Source: an uncultured Methanoregulaceae archaeon (GTDB lineage Archaea > Halobacteriota > Methanomicrobia > Methanomicrobiales > Methanospirillaceae). From it: DNA of 64,000 bases. Within the stretch, counting starts at the first letter, position 1, and each line of letters opens with the position of its first letter. Shown here one piece after another: positions 1 through 11,158 of the stretch. The notes beneath the pieces are model-generated. The model did not search any database, was not told the DNA's origin, and saw only the letters and a program-made list of their open reading frames with translations. The stretch covers positions 516,347 through 580,346 of the forward strand of contig CAWJAX010000002.1 of assembly GCA_963841015.1 (NCBI GenBank). The letters are read 5' to 3'. Made by a program: the position numbers and the translations under genes.

Positions 1-309
1 GCCCCCAATTTCCGAGAGTTCAAGGACACCTTTGGGCAGTTCCTGCTTCAGTTTCTCAAGGTGTGCAAGCCTTCCGGTTTCCAGTATTTCCCGGATTTTA
101 CCGGCAAGGTTACTGCCAACACCCGGTATCTCCTCAAGTTTTCCGCGCTCGGAGATTTTTGAAATATCTTCTCCCAGTGTCTCGATTTCATGGGCAGCCC
201 TCCGGTACGCAGCCGGTTTGAACTTCACGCTTTTAAGGTCAAGGATATCGGCGACTTCATAGAACAGAGCTGCGATCTGCTTATTGCTTATCCGGGATGT
301 CGGGTCCAT
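1..309 (-). CDS. polX: DNA polymerase X family / PHP-PolX, N-terminal part (runs off the window)
   Basis: Manual translation from ATG at 309: MDPTSRISNKQIAALFYEVADILDLKSVKFKPAAYRRAAHEIETL...LEEIPGVGSNLAGKIREILETG, the PolX 8-kDa/HhH domain. Confidence 0.9.
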   Translation of the reverse strand, partial: MDPTSRISNKQIAALFYEVADILDLKSVKFKPAAYRRAAHEIETLGEDISKISERGKLEEIPGVGSNLAGKIREILETGRLAHLEKLKQELPKGVLELSEIGG

Positions 310-409
310 ACACTCACTCCGGAAATGTTACCGATAAGATGATGTTACTGTTTTATGCATAGTTTTTTCCCTGACACAGGAGCAAAAAAAGTAAAGGAAA
401 TTTACCGCT

Positions 410-790
410 CCCTTATGCGCTACCAGTCCCCCTAAGGGTGACGGGGACCGTGTGATAATCCAAAAGTGATAGCAGGTACTACAGGTCATCGTCATGGGGA
501 TGCTCCCGTGGCGGGGACAAAACCCCCGGGAACGTGAGAAATTTCGAATTGATTTCTTACGAAAAATGAACTATTCAGCAATAATACAAGATTTTTTTTA
601 CCATTCCTCAAATGTACGATAATTGCCGCCGCCCCCGAAGGGTCGCCCCTGCGGCGGATTAGAAACAAACAATAAAAAAAATTTCTGCCCGCCCTGCCTC
701 GGAGGCCCTGAGGCGGGATTCCATCGTATACATTACGATTTTCATGGTTCGGGAGTGAACCCTATAGATTTATGTCTGTTTCTCCAGCAC
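410..790 (-). mobile_element. Modular MITE copy (degenerate B/C-like module plus module A)
   Basis: A hairpin GCCGCCGCCCCCGAAGGGTCGCCCCTGCGGCGG at about 625-657, GATTTTCATGG junction, and TIR-like end GTTTCTCCAGCAC at 790. Reverse complement of the 60425 copy. Confidence 0.7.
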
Positions 791-813
791 AAAAAAAATT
801 AAAAAAAATCCCA

Positions 814-2106
814 TCACCGGGGTTTGTAATGTCCCCACTTCTCAAGAGCCTTGGCGAGCTCAGGTGCCTTCTTTGCTTTTTCTTCAAGGGTGATTTTTTC
901 CTGCCACGCTTCGATTGCCTGCATGGTTGCCTGTGCTCCGGCACGTGTCCCTTCCGGGTGACCGTGAATACCCCCACTGACCAGCAGCACCAGCTCGGTA
1001 CCATAAATGTTCAGCACATCGGGAACGAGCCCGGGGTGAAGTCCGCCGGATGAGACCGGGAATGCAGATTTGATCCTTCCCCAGTCCTGCTCAAGGAGCA
1101 TGCCTTCCACGGCAGGGGTCTTTTTCTCCCGCAGCACATCGGCAAGGGCTATGGACTCCTTTTTTGATCCGGTCAGCTTGCCAACGGCAGTCCCCGTATG
1201 GATCTGGGAGACACCGATAAGCCGCATGATCTTTGCGAGGAACTGCATGGTGATGCCATGCTTTTTATTCCTGTCAAAGGCGGCATGCATAGCCCGGTGT
1301 GCATGGATTGCCAGACCAAGATCGGAACAATAGTCCCGCATCGTCATAACACCTGCGGTCCCGGCGACTACGACATCTATCATGGCGTAGTTCCACCCGT
1401 ATTCAGCCAGCATATCTGCCCTTTTTTTCATGGTTTCAGTATCAGCGGATATATTGAGGAACGCAGATTTTTTCCCGCCGGTCTCTTTCTCTGCCTTATC
1501 CCGCAGCTTTGAGAGTTTTTTTACCCGTTCCTCAAAACGGTTGAACGGGGTCGAAGTCAGGTTTTCGTCGTCCTTGACGAAATCAAATCCCCCCATCCAG
1601 GTTTCATAGCCAATCTCTGCATGTTCCTGTGCAGAAAAGCCAATCTTGGGCTTGGGAACAGCGCCGGTCAGGGGCCGTTTGCTGACCTTCATCATCTTCC
1701 GGATCCCATCGTTGCCAAAATGCGGGCCTTTGAAATGGGAAATGTAGGCAGGGGGTAGTGCAACATCGATCAGCCGAAGGTTTCTCACGGCTTTCATGCC
1801 AAAGATGTTTCCCGCAATCCCGCTCAGCAGCTGGACCGCGTTCCCCTCTTCCCAAAGTGCCAGAGGATACGCGATTTTTACTACGTTTCCTTCGATATCA
1901 AACGCTTTTGCCTCAAGTTTTTTCATGCGGGGTGGCAGGGTGAAGAGAGTGGTCCATGTTCCTGTCGAGCTTTCTGATGCTATCCTTCCGGCTGCCTCTT
2001 TGCTGCGGATCCCGGCAGCAGGTTCAAAATAAAACATGCAGATGAGATCATCAGGTGACGGCGTGTAGTTCAGGTCAACAAATTCTTTGTACCAGTCAAT
2101 CGTCAT
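814..2106 (-). CDS. rbcL: Form III ribulose-1,5-bisphosphate carboxylase (RuBisCO) large subunit
   Basis: Motifs ASESSTGTWT, KPKIG, GGFDFVKDDENL, IHAHRAMH, HTGTAVGKL, SSGGLHP, GGIHGHP. Confidence 0.96.
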   Translation of the reverse strand: MTIDWYKEFVDLNYTPSPDDLICMFYFEPAAGIRSKEAAGRIASESSTGTWTTLFTLPPRMKKLEAKAFDIEGNVVKIAYPLALWEEGNAVQLLSGIAGNIFGMKAVRNLRLIDVALPPAYISHFKGPHFGNDGIRKMMKVSKRPLTGAVPKPKIGFSAQEHAEIGYETWMGGFDFVKDDENLTSTPFNRFEERVKKLSKLRDKAEKETGGKKSAFLNISADTETMKKRADMLAEYGWNYAMIDVVVAGTAGVMTMRDYCSDLGLAIHAHRAMHAAFDRNKKHGITMQFLAKIMRLIGVSQIHTGTAVGKLTGSKKESIALADVLREKKTPAVEGMLLEQDWGRIKSAFPVSSGGLHPGLVPDVLNIYGTELVLLVSGGIHGHPEGTRAGAQATMQAIEAWQEKITLEEKAKKAPELAKALEKWGHYKPR

Positions 2107-2855
2107 AGTAGTTCTCAGTAGTATCAAAGGAACGGTAAGTAAAAAACATTCCCGGTGTATTAAAAAAAGTTATGAGTTTTGGCATCGCTCTTTGGAATAG
2201 TCAATAAAAAGAATAAATTCTAAAAGTTGCATGCCTATGATCCATGCGGCTCGTTACAACGGGCAGGAAATGAGATTGAGAAGGGGGGCAGTGCCTGACT
2301 GCTGACCTCTCTGGATATTCAAAGAGCGTTTTTTTAAAAAACCAGCACAGTTGACAGTGAAAATTTCAAAAAGTATGCGATTGATAACGCCTGTCCTCTC
2401 TCCTCCACTTCGGGAGGGTTCGGACAGGAAAACAATCGAACAAAAAATAATGTATACATTTGCCCTGGTCGTAGGTCCCGCTCTGGAGCACGTCCTCCCA
2501 TCAGGGAGGTAATCCTGCAACGCTCCCGTCTCCAGCTCTCAAGCGGGGGAATGGTGAGCGCAACGCGGGGGCATCATCATAACTCTAGAATGTCTATAGA
2601 AGGCTCTTAGAGCGTTCTCTGGGCGATTCGGGTAGAACTGTAGCCTGGCAGCGCGGAGTGCTGCCCTTCAGACTTGACATCTATGTCGCATTTGGAATCT
2701 CAATGACGTATAATTTTTTTCAATATTTTCGGGACTAGCCTATTTTCACAAAAATCCACAGTAGACAGTGTGTTATTTTAAAAAAAAATTCCGGAATAAC
2801 ACCAGAAAACCGGTGAGGGTTATTGCTCTTTTTCAAATACCAGACAACATGACGA

Positions 2856-3785
2856 TTATACCAGCCGTATGAGATTTTCCCGCCCTTTTTTGACCTTCAG
2901 GATGACCCCGCGCTGGTGGAGGTCGTTGAGTGTAGCACTCACCGTTGATTTGGGCAGTCCCAGGGTTTTAACGATCTCTGACTGGTACTGTTCCCCGCCA
3001 CTGGTTTTCAGCAGCTGGATTATCCTGTCTTCAAGACTTAAAAGTTCCGTTTCGGATAAGGTAACCGGCGGATCTTCAGCCTCAACGGTTTCAGGAACCC
3101 GTCTTTTTGACAGAACCACATACAAACCTCCCAGTATGAGCACGCAAAGCAAACCCCCCAGCAGGAGCGGCAGCCAGGGAAAGCCGGTTTTTTCAAAGAC
3201 CATCCGTGGTTCACCTGCCCCGAATGAACGCTGGCCGTACCAGATAAGCCCGTCCCGCACCTGATCAGGAGCAGGTTCTGCACCACTGACTGAATAACCG
3301 GAGGGATACCTGATCACAAGCGTATTGTCTTTAGCCAGGTACAACCCCCCAGCGAATGCATCCCCAATGGCAAGATCCGGCACGGTTTTTGCAAAATTTT
3401 TCCAGTTGAACGAAAAATACACAACCCCGTACCTGCCCGTGGGAGTTGTCTGGATAACCGCATCACCTGCAAAATCAGTTATTTCCATAGGTCGGGACGT
3501 GGCCGCTGCTGCCTGGGCAGCAGAACGCTGCATCAGATCCTGGAACTGGGGGAGATAGTTAGAGGATACATTTTTTGTATAGGAATCAAACGCCTCCAGA
3601 TCCTCCTCGGATGCAAGAAGCGTCCGGTATTCCACGTGCCAGTTCGCCGTACCTTCTTCACTGAGCGCAATCGTGTAGGTAATTGACGCGTCAGGAGGAA
3701 CCGTTGCCGCACCTGCAATAACTGGTATACCTATCAGGAGTATCACGGACAGGGCAACAATGCTAAACCGGGTCGTATACTCCAT
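2856..3785 (-). CDS. Membrane-anchored protein: signal peptide, extracellular domain, TM helix, C-terminal winged HTH (putative transcription regulator)
   Basis: Hydrophobic N-terminus, TM segment WLPLLLGGLLCVLILGGLYVVL, C-terminal QSEIVKTLGLPKSTVSATLNDL...GRENLIRL. Confidence 0.8.
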   Translation of the reverse strand: MEYTTRFSIVALSVILLIGIPVIAGAATVPPDASITYTIALSEEGTANWHVEYRTLLASEEDLEAFDSYTKNVSSNYLPQFQDLMQRSAAQAAAATSRPMEITDFAGDAVIQTTPTGRYGVVYFSFNWKNFAKTVPDLAIGDAFAGGLYLAKDNTLVIRYPSGYSVSGAEPAPDQVRDGLIWYGQRSFGAGEPRMVFEKTGFPWLPLLLGGLLCVLILGGLYVVLSKRRVPETVEAEDPPVTLSETELLSLEDRIIQLLKTSGGEQYQSEIVKTLGLPKSTVSATLNDLHQRGVILKVKKGRENLIRLV

Positions 3786-3905
3786 GATTACCTTTTGATT
3801 ATTTTTATGCAAGAGTATAAAAATTAGGCAGAGTTTTTTTTATTCATTCCCAGTCACCGTTGCGGATGGGTACAGGTCCTGTATTCACTGTTGTGTGACT
3901 GTTGA

Positions 3906-4730
3906 TTATTCGCGCCCGTTTTTTCCTTTATTGCCTGAGGATCCGTTCTCACCCTGCGTATTTTTCATAATTTTTGGCGTGTCATTTCTGGCCCCGGTTT
4001 GCAGGGTGTTTGTCCTGTTACCCTCAATCAGATCCTTTTGATCTTTTATCTTTTCCCAGATCTTTTCTCTTTCCGGTTCCATGGTTCCGCTCATCGTGGT
4101 GTTATTATCCTTCTGACGGTCCTGTTTCCTGATCTCCAGTCTTACTGCTTTAAGGACGGTCTTATTGTTCTTTTCAATAAACCGGGCAAATCGCATTTCA
4201 GTCTTCTCACCAAATTTCTCTTCAAGGAAAAGACTATTGTTGTAAGCCCGGGCAAGTCCCGTAGTATTCGGGTACTGGATTGCCAGTCTGGCAAGGACAG
4301 CCTGGTGCCGGGTAATCATCTCCTGGGCATGCAGAAGGTCAGTGGCGTTGGATCCAAAGGGGGTTAATGACCCTTCTGTCAGGTTGAGTTTCTGCCGGTA
4401 AAGCTCAAGCGCCCGTTCTGCTGTATCGGTCCGGTTATGACTCAGCTCGCGCTTCACTTCGGCAATACGGAGTCGTGCATGATCTATCCGCTTTTCCACC
4501 CGCTGGGTATCGTTGAAGGTAAACGTCTCATCGAGATCTTCCATGGCGATCTTCAACCCGTACACTGGACTGTCAGCACTGATGGTGCCATTATAGGGCA
4601 TAATATCGTCTGATATATCCCCCGTGCCTTGTTCACCTGCCGGATTATTGTCAAGTGCTGCAACGGGTCCAATACCCATCAGCAGGGCAATCATGAGAAT
4701 TCCTCCAAGAATTATCTGCGTATTTTTCAT
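3906..4730 (-). CDS. Secreted helical protein (DUF5667-like)
   Basis: Signal peptide followed by ADSPVYGLKIAMEDLDETFTF...ARLRIAEV, and a charged tail. Confidence 0.7.
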   Translation of the reverse strand: MKNTQIILGGILMIALLMGIGPVAALDNNPAGEQGTGDISDDIMPYNGTISADSPVYGLKIAMEDLDETFTFNDTQRVEKRIDHARLRIAEVKRELSHNRTDTAERALELYRQKLNLTEGSLTPFGSNATDLLHAQEMITRHQAVLARLAIQYPNTTGLARAYNNSLFLEEKFGEKTEMRFARFIEKNNKTVLKAVRLEIRKQDRQKDNNTTMSGTMEPEREKIWEKIKDQKDLIEGNRTNTLQTGARNDTPKIMKNTQGENGSSGNKGKNGRE

Positions 4731-5315
4731 ATTTCCTCCTCTTATCACATGGTCATTGATCACAGGTATCTTTTTTTGGAAGTTTAAGGGTGGTTACGGT
4801 TCATTAAAAAACAGGATAGTCTGACATTCCCTCAATTTCAAAAGAACCGTTCTGGATAGTTCAGAATGTAAAATGAAGCGATAATCACACGATCCGATTC
4901 TGGAAGAACCAATAAAGAATCAGGACAAAAATCAGGGCAGGGTAACGTACGACGCGCGGGGAACATGGGACAAATTTTTCTAACCATTCCGGAAGGTATG
5001 CACGACCGACCAAATTTTTTGTAGGAGTGTATTTCAGCCACTTCAATGCCGGATATGAAGGGAACTATAGGCAAATGAAACCGTAAAATGTACATTCCGT
5101 GAAATGTAGTGATCGTTGGTGAGTTCCTGAATTAGGGATGAAAAATTGCTGGGTTGCTGATTGGACTTAAAAATCCGGTATTCTTCAATAAATAATTAAA
5201 GCAGAACGTCTACCTACTTGTTGTTAGTAACGGCATAATCTTTCGCAAAATCAAGATGTAAGGCTGATAATGCATAGAACCCAGGATCCTGAATCTCTGC
5301 GTTAAAAGAGTACTC

Positions 5316-7197
5316 ATGACAGCAAAGAAACCCCCGGTTCCAAAAAAGAAGAAAGTTCCGCTCCCTGGGCCGGGTGCTCCTGAAAAATTCTACCGCACCA
5401 TTTTTGAACAATCCGGATTACCCACGATAATTATTGAAAAAGATTCGGCAATTTCCCTGGTCAACAACGCTTTTTTGGACCTGAGTGGTTTTCGCAGGCA
5501 GGAGATCGTGGGAAAGAAAAAATGGATGGAGTTTGTTGCGCCGGAAGATTTGGAGAAACTGACGAATTTTCTCTCGGGAAACACAAAAAAGAACCGGCTT
5601 GCAGCTGAACCGTATTCTTTTGGATTTGTCGACAAGAAAAAAAAGAATCACGACGTCATACTTACTGCCGGGGTAATTTCGGGGACGCAGCAAATCATCT
5701 TTTCCCTGATGGAAGTTACCGATGGGGAACGGTTTGAAGATTCGTTCGGGTACAATCACCAGCAGATGTCAGGAGTCATCTATAATATTCCCGAGGCTAC
5801 GTTTGCTGTCGACCGGCACGGGAGGGTTATTGCCTGGAACCGGGCAATTGAAGAGCTGACGGGGAGCCTGGGTTCTGATCTCCTTTTAAAGGGCAATCAT
5901 GAATATGCCCTCCCCTTTTTTGGGAGTCGCCGGCCGATGATTATTGACCTGATTTTTTCATCTGATACTGAAATTGAGGATCAGGGCTATTCCGGAATAC
6001 AATGGACGGGAAATACCCTGTCTGCGGAAACTACCGTAATGATAACGGAAGGACAAACAAGGGTAATCCGGGAAATTGCCTCACCGATTTTTAACAAGTC
6101 CGGCAAACTTGCCGGTGCAATAGAATCGATAACAGATATCACGGGGCTGAGAGAGCAGGAGCTCGCACTGCTGGTTTCAGAGTCCCGGTACCGGACCATC
6201 CTTGAAAATACTGCATCGGCAATTGCAATTATCGATGAGAATGGAACCCTCTCTTACATTAATCCGGAATTTGAGAAGGTTATCGGTTATGTCAGGGACG
6301 AAATCGAAGGGAAGAAAAATCTGAACGATTTTGTTGCTCCAAAGGACCTGGAGCGGCTCCAGAAGTACGAGCGTGGATGCCGGGTCAATCCGCATATAAG
6401 AATGGTAAACCATGAATTCCAGTTTATCCGCTTCGATGGGTATGTCCGCACAGGGTTCCTTACCATCACCCCCATTCCTGATACCAAAAAGATGGTGGTA
6501 TCGCTCCTGGATATTACCAATAAAATCCGTGAAGAAGATGCACTCCAGAGGGCTAATACGAAACTGAATTCCTTTAACTCTATCACCCGCCACGAAATTC
6601 TCAACCATTTAACCGTCGTCAAGGGTTATATTGAACTCTCCAGAGAGGGAATCCACGACCCCCCCTTCCTGCTTACCTCCCTGGATAAGGAGTCTGGCTG
6701 CGGCAAATGCCATCCAGAACCTGATCATGTTCACCCGGGATTACCAGAATATCGGGATCCTGCCCCCGGCATGGTACAATCTCAGCAAAACGATCAAAAC
6801 TGCGGCTGCCAGCGTGCATATGGGATCGATCGATCTGTCGGTAGATATTGAAGGTGTAGAGATCTATGCGGATCACGTGTTTGAGAAGGTGTTTTTTTAC
6901 CTGATTGATGATGCCGTCAGGTTTGGTAAGATCAGGAAAATCCGGTTCTTCTGTAAAGAATCATTTGAAGAACTCCTGGTGATCTGCGAGGATGACGGGA
7001 CCGGGATTCCCCCTGATAAAAAAGAGAGAATATTCAATCGCAAGCTGTTTCAGGATTCCGGGCTTGACATGTACCTGTCCCGGGAGATTTTGTCCATAAC
7101 CGGCATCTCCATCCACGAGAGCGGAACCTATGGAAAGGGTGCACGTTTTGAAATCCGGGTACCTGAGGGGGCATACCGCTTTACCAGCCCCCAGTAA
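5316..7197 (+). CDS. Multi-PAS sensor histidine kinase, split by a +1 frameshift near 6690
   Basis: Three PAS repeats and H-box ITRHEILNHL in ORF 5316-6851; HATPase motifs CEDDGTGIP and GKGARFEI in overlapping ORF 6631-7197. Confidence 0.88.
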
Positions 7198-7238
7198 AAC
7201 AAAATAAATCAGTCGACTCCGGTCATGGCGAATCGCGG

Positions 7239-7433
7239 TTATTTTTTAACAATCAGCTTGTGGCCGGCCGCATCAACCTTGTATGATTTTGGGCGCTCAA
7301 GCAAGTCCAGTGCATTGATCTTCATATCAATCAATTCTGAATAGTTGAAGGATTCATACTTCTTCTCTTCTTTTTCCATCCAGAAGACCACAATACCGTT
7401 CTCCATCTTTTTGCTGCCAATAATGTCGTTCAT
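7239..7433 (-). CDS. Small hypothetical protein (64 aa)
   Basis: Clean ORF with protein-like composition between two larger genes. Confidence 0.7.
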   Translation of the reverse strand: MNDIIGSKKMENGIVVFWMEKEEKKYESFNYSELIDMKINALDLLERPKSYKVDAAGHKLIVKK

Positions 7434-7621
7434 ACTGTTCGATCAGTAACACCGGAATATGAAGGTATCGAACCGGAGGAAAAAACAAAATGAGGAGATC
7501 CGGTTTTAAAAGCAGGTTGAGATCCAAAAAATGAAAGAAAGGATACCGGGCAATTATTTTTCCTCCCAATTATTATTCTCTCACTTCCCAGTATAGAACA
7601 CATACCTGAGAGGACAGAAGA

Positions 7622-8278
7622 GTGGCAGCCGATGAATTCAAGGAACCGGAAAAAGGAACGGAAATCCCCGGACAGGGATCACCGGAAAAAAAGAACCTGA
7701 TGATAGCCGGTGTCCTGGTTGTGATGCTCATCATTGCGGTTATTGCAGTGATTGTTATTGACCAGTCACCATCTGGAAAGGGAACCCCCCAACCTGCAGT
7801 CATAACAAATTCCACCCCCCTGGTAAAGGGAGTATCTTTCCAGCAGACCCACATTGTCCAGGATACCGTCAGTCAGACCGGTGCCCAGACTATCAGACAA
7901 ACAATGACCCTGCAACAAACCCCGGCACTCCCGGTCGATTTTCTCCTCCAGTCAGGAGACCCGGGGAGCTGCGGACTGACCTGCCGCCAGTTGGATGCAT
8001 CCATCACCAATACCGGGTATGAGACAGCCCACAATGTCTGTATTACTGTCGGCCTTCATAACAGCAGGAATGAAATCATCTACCTGAATGGCGAATCTTC
8101 AATAAACCGGTGTATCGGTGACATATCCGGAGGACAAAAGAAAACCGAATCCATTTCGATAAATGCCGATTGTGGTGCGTTTGCAACAAAATGTATCGGG
8201 GAGACGCTGACATTACAAACCCGGGTAACCTCCGTTGAAAAAACGATCCGGTTTCCGGATCAGGTGATAGCAGTCTGA
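7622..8278 (+). CDS. Membrane-anchored hypothetical protein with a Cys-containing Ig-like C-terminal domain
   Basis: GTG start, TM helix, Thr/Gln-rich linker, CGLTCR...ITNTG...CGAFATKC. Confidence 0.75.
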   Translation: MAADEFKEPEKGTEIPGQGSPEKKNLMIAGVLVVMLIIAVIAVIVIDQSPSGKGTPQPAVITNSTPLVKGVSFQQTHIVQDTVSQTGAQTIRQTMTLQQTPALPVDFLLQSGDPGSCGLTCRQLDASITNTGYETAHNVCITVGLHNSRNEIIYLNGESSINRCIGDISGGQKKTESISINADCGAFATKCIGETLTLQTRVTSVEKTIRFPDQVIAV

Positions 8279-8305
8279 AGTATTGGGAGACCATATTGAT
8301 TTTTC

Positions 8306-8516
8306 GGCTCTGGAGAATTCCTTTTCTTTGATATGAAATACAAAGTACTGGTTTGATGATGGAGTTTACAGTGCCTGTCTCCCCTGTCTCCCCCCTGCGC
8401 TGAGCGATTATTATGTATTACCTGTTCTGGGTTTATCGCATTCGGGGGAGCCACAGCAGTCTGGGGTAGAAATCTCTTCCCGTATTTATATTGTAACTGA
8501 GCATTTGTCCGGGGCC
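8306..8516 (-). mobile_element. Modular MITE copy (B only, 211 bp)
   Basis: Left TIR GGCTCTGGAGAATTCC, B core CCCCTGCGCTGAGCGAT...ATCGCATTCGGGGGAGCCACAGC, right end GCATTTGTCCGGGGCC. Confidence 0.8.
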
Positions 8517-8677
8517 TTTTTCCACCAAACCAGGGAAGCAGATTCGGATACCAAATCCCGCACAGTATCTCTCCGCATCTCTTCAGGGAATTCGATGACA
8601 GTTTATATAATTTCAGAAATAACCGAAAAATCAAAAACGTTGTCATTCAAAAAAAATAAGATTGGTTTATGGCCGGA

Positions 8678-9891
8678 CTATTCATTCTTTTTTCCGTTCG
8701 ACTTCCCTGGGAACTCATCTTCCTCCTTGTCTGATCCTTTATTTATCTTATCAGATCTTTCCCCGGCTTTTTTCTCTCTGATTTTATTCTCCCCCTTGTT
8801 TTTTGTGTTTTTCTCTTTTCCGGCACGGGTTTGATCAGAAACTGCAGTTTCATTCCCTGCTTCTGTTATCTGTTCATTATCTTTGATTTTAAGCATCTTT
8901 TTTGCCTGACCGGGATTTTTGAAATTATCAGGATTCAGAGATAACGTCACCGTAATATTCCCGTCTTCACTTTCAGTGATTTTCACATCATCTTTTTCAA
9001 TGCCAAGGAATTTCCACAGCTGTGACAAGGCTTTATTCAGTCCTTTCTTTTCACCGATAACACTGATTGTATCATTGCCTTCAACAGGGATTAGCATACC
9101 ATTCACTGCAAGAGTACCGGAACAATTTATTTTCACCCCATTACCTGATGTGACATTCTCAAGGTCTGCCTTGTGGAACTTTGCAATAAGCGTTCCCCCG
9201 TCCTTGCCGGATGCTGATGCCCTGACCAGTTCAGCCCCGCTGCAGGTCAGGGAGCTGTTGGTATAATCAATACGCAGTTTTTTGCGCTCATCACCAGCAG
9301 GATTCTGACCGGTGCCGGTAAGGGATACAGGTACCGTGAAAATCCCCCTGCTTTTCAGATTCAGGGTTGTTGGCTTAATAACAAGGTTTGCCGATACCCG
9401 GGAATCCGGTGTAATGGTACCCGATGCATTGAACCGGACGGTTGCTTCTGCATGGTTGTTATTCAGGATCAGGATCCGTCTCATTGAGAGCAGTGACAGC
9501 GACCTTATTTATTTTATTTCCTGGTGTACTGAAGGTGGTTTTGAGCGTGAGAGTCGTGTACGATGCATTCTTCAGTTCATCGATCTTCCAGATATTTGTT
9601 GTAGTATTGTATGTCCCGAGACCTGCCACAGCGGTAATGTTTTTCAGCCCGGGAAGGTGAGAAATATCTTCAGCTATTGAAATGTTCGTCGCATTTGCTG
9701 GTCCATTATTCCAGACCGTTACAACCCACGTTACTTCATCATTAATTTCATAGGGTCCCGTTGATCTCACCACTTTTGTAACATTGAGATCAGTCTGCGG
9801 TTCTTCTGCCATCCGCTGCACATACAATTCCGATATTAAAAAGAAGTGCAAGCAGAATCGCTCCAATAAATATTCTAAAGATTCTGGTCAT
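8678..9891 (-). CDS. Secreted DUF11 (Ig-like) domain protein, broken by two frameshifts (about 9815 and 9470)
   Basis: Signal peptide MTRIFRIFIGAILLALL from ATG at 9891, DUF11-like TDLNVTK...VTVWNNGPANATN...ETDPD, continuing as LNNNHAEA in ORF 8678-9484. Confidence 0.7.
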
Positions 9892-10270
9892 AGTTATTTC
9901 ACCAAGCCGGAGCATTCCGGTAATTTTTTTTTTGAGCCAATCTGAATTAAGAGGTACGAAAGTTTATTAAAAACTCTACTGTTCTCAATACTTTCAATTA
10001 TTCGAAAATCGTTCTCTATCGTTCAGAATTAAAAAAGAAGCCAGAATATTCAAAAAAAGATTCTGAAAAAAATCCGTTTCAAAATGATGTCTGAACAACT
10101 CCGGATTTCCTGAACGCGCCAAAAACCTCCCAAGAGTAATCTCATTTTGCCATAGGCCCTCACAATCATCCTTATGTCCACGTCCTGCATCACCTGAAAG
10201 AAGGTATGAATCCTGTTCTGACCAATCAAAATGATGCTATTTATAATAAATAACAACTATTTCCTGATGA

Positions 10271-11158
10271 ATGGTTTCGATCAGGCCGGGCCCGGTAACA
10301 TTCGGTGGTGTAGTACTCGACAACCACCTGCTTCTTGCTGCCGGGATTCTCGGGACCACGGGATCGTCGCTTTCACGGATGCTCTCCTCGGGTGCCGGAG
10401 GTGTGGTAACCAAGTCGATCGGGCCTCATCCCAAAGATGGTCATGCCGGGCCCTGCCTTATCGTGCTTGAAGACGGGCTCCTGAATGCCATGGGACTCCC
10501 AAATCCTTCAAAAGAGTTTGTGGATGAGATCGCATCCCTGCAAAAAAAACCGGTTATCGCAAGTATATTTGGCGGGAATCCGGCCGAGTTTGCTCTGGTA
10601 GCAGGCTGGTTTGAGGGCAGGGTCGCCGGCTTTGAACTGAACCTTTCCTGCCCGCATGCAGAGGGTTATGGTGCAGCGATCGGGACCGACCCGGCTCTTG
10701 TGGAAGCATGTACCCGGGCGGTCAGCGTGACGGGTATTCCCACCTGGGTAAAGCTCACCCCGAATGTGACTGACATTACGGTGATCGGTAAAGCTGCGGA
10801 ACGGGGAGGAGCCAGCGCTATCGTTGCAATCAATACCGTTAAAGCGATGCGGATATCGACCGGGATGCAGCGCCCAATACTGGGGAACCGGTTTGGCGGT
10901 CTCTCGGGAAGTGCAGTTTTTCCCATTGCAGTCCGCTGCGTGTACGAACTCTATGAAGCCTGCACTATACCCATTGTCGGCTGCGGGGGAGTCACCACTG
11001 CAGATAATGTGATCGAGATGATGATGGCCGGGGCAAGCGCAGTTGAGATTGGCAGTGCAGTCTATAATGACGTGAAAATTTTTGAGACAATCAAGACTGA
11101 TCTCTACAAAAAGGATGGATTGACGCCGGAACAGATCATAGGGAGCGCCCATGAGTGA
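10271..11158 (+). CDS. pyrD: Dihydroorotate dehydrogenase, catalytic subunit (class 1B)
   Basis: Motifs VTKSIG, NAMGLPNP, ELNLSCPH, VKLTPN, INT, GGLSG. Confidence 0.95.
   Translation: MVSIRPGPVTFGGVVLDNHLLLAAGILGTTGSSLSRMLSSGAGGVVTKSIGPHPKDGHAGPCLIVLEDGLLNAMGLPNPSKEFVDEIASLQKKPVIASIFGGNPAEFALVAGWFEGRVAGFELNLSCPHAEGYGAAIGTDPALVEACTRAVSVTGIPTWVKLTPNVTDITVIGKAAERGGASAIVAINTVKAMRISTGMQRPILGNRFGGLSGSAVFPIAVRCVYELYEACTIPIVGCGGVTTADNVIEMMMAGASAVEIGSAVYNDVKIFETIKTDLYKKDGLTPEQIIGSAHE

Noticed and set aside
2390-2690. SRP RNA, RNase P RNA or tRNA
   Set aside because: No helix-8 CCAGG..GGAA..AGCAG, GAAAGTCC or T-loop GTTCGAATC signature was seen in a suitable context. Kept only as an unexplained structured region.
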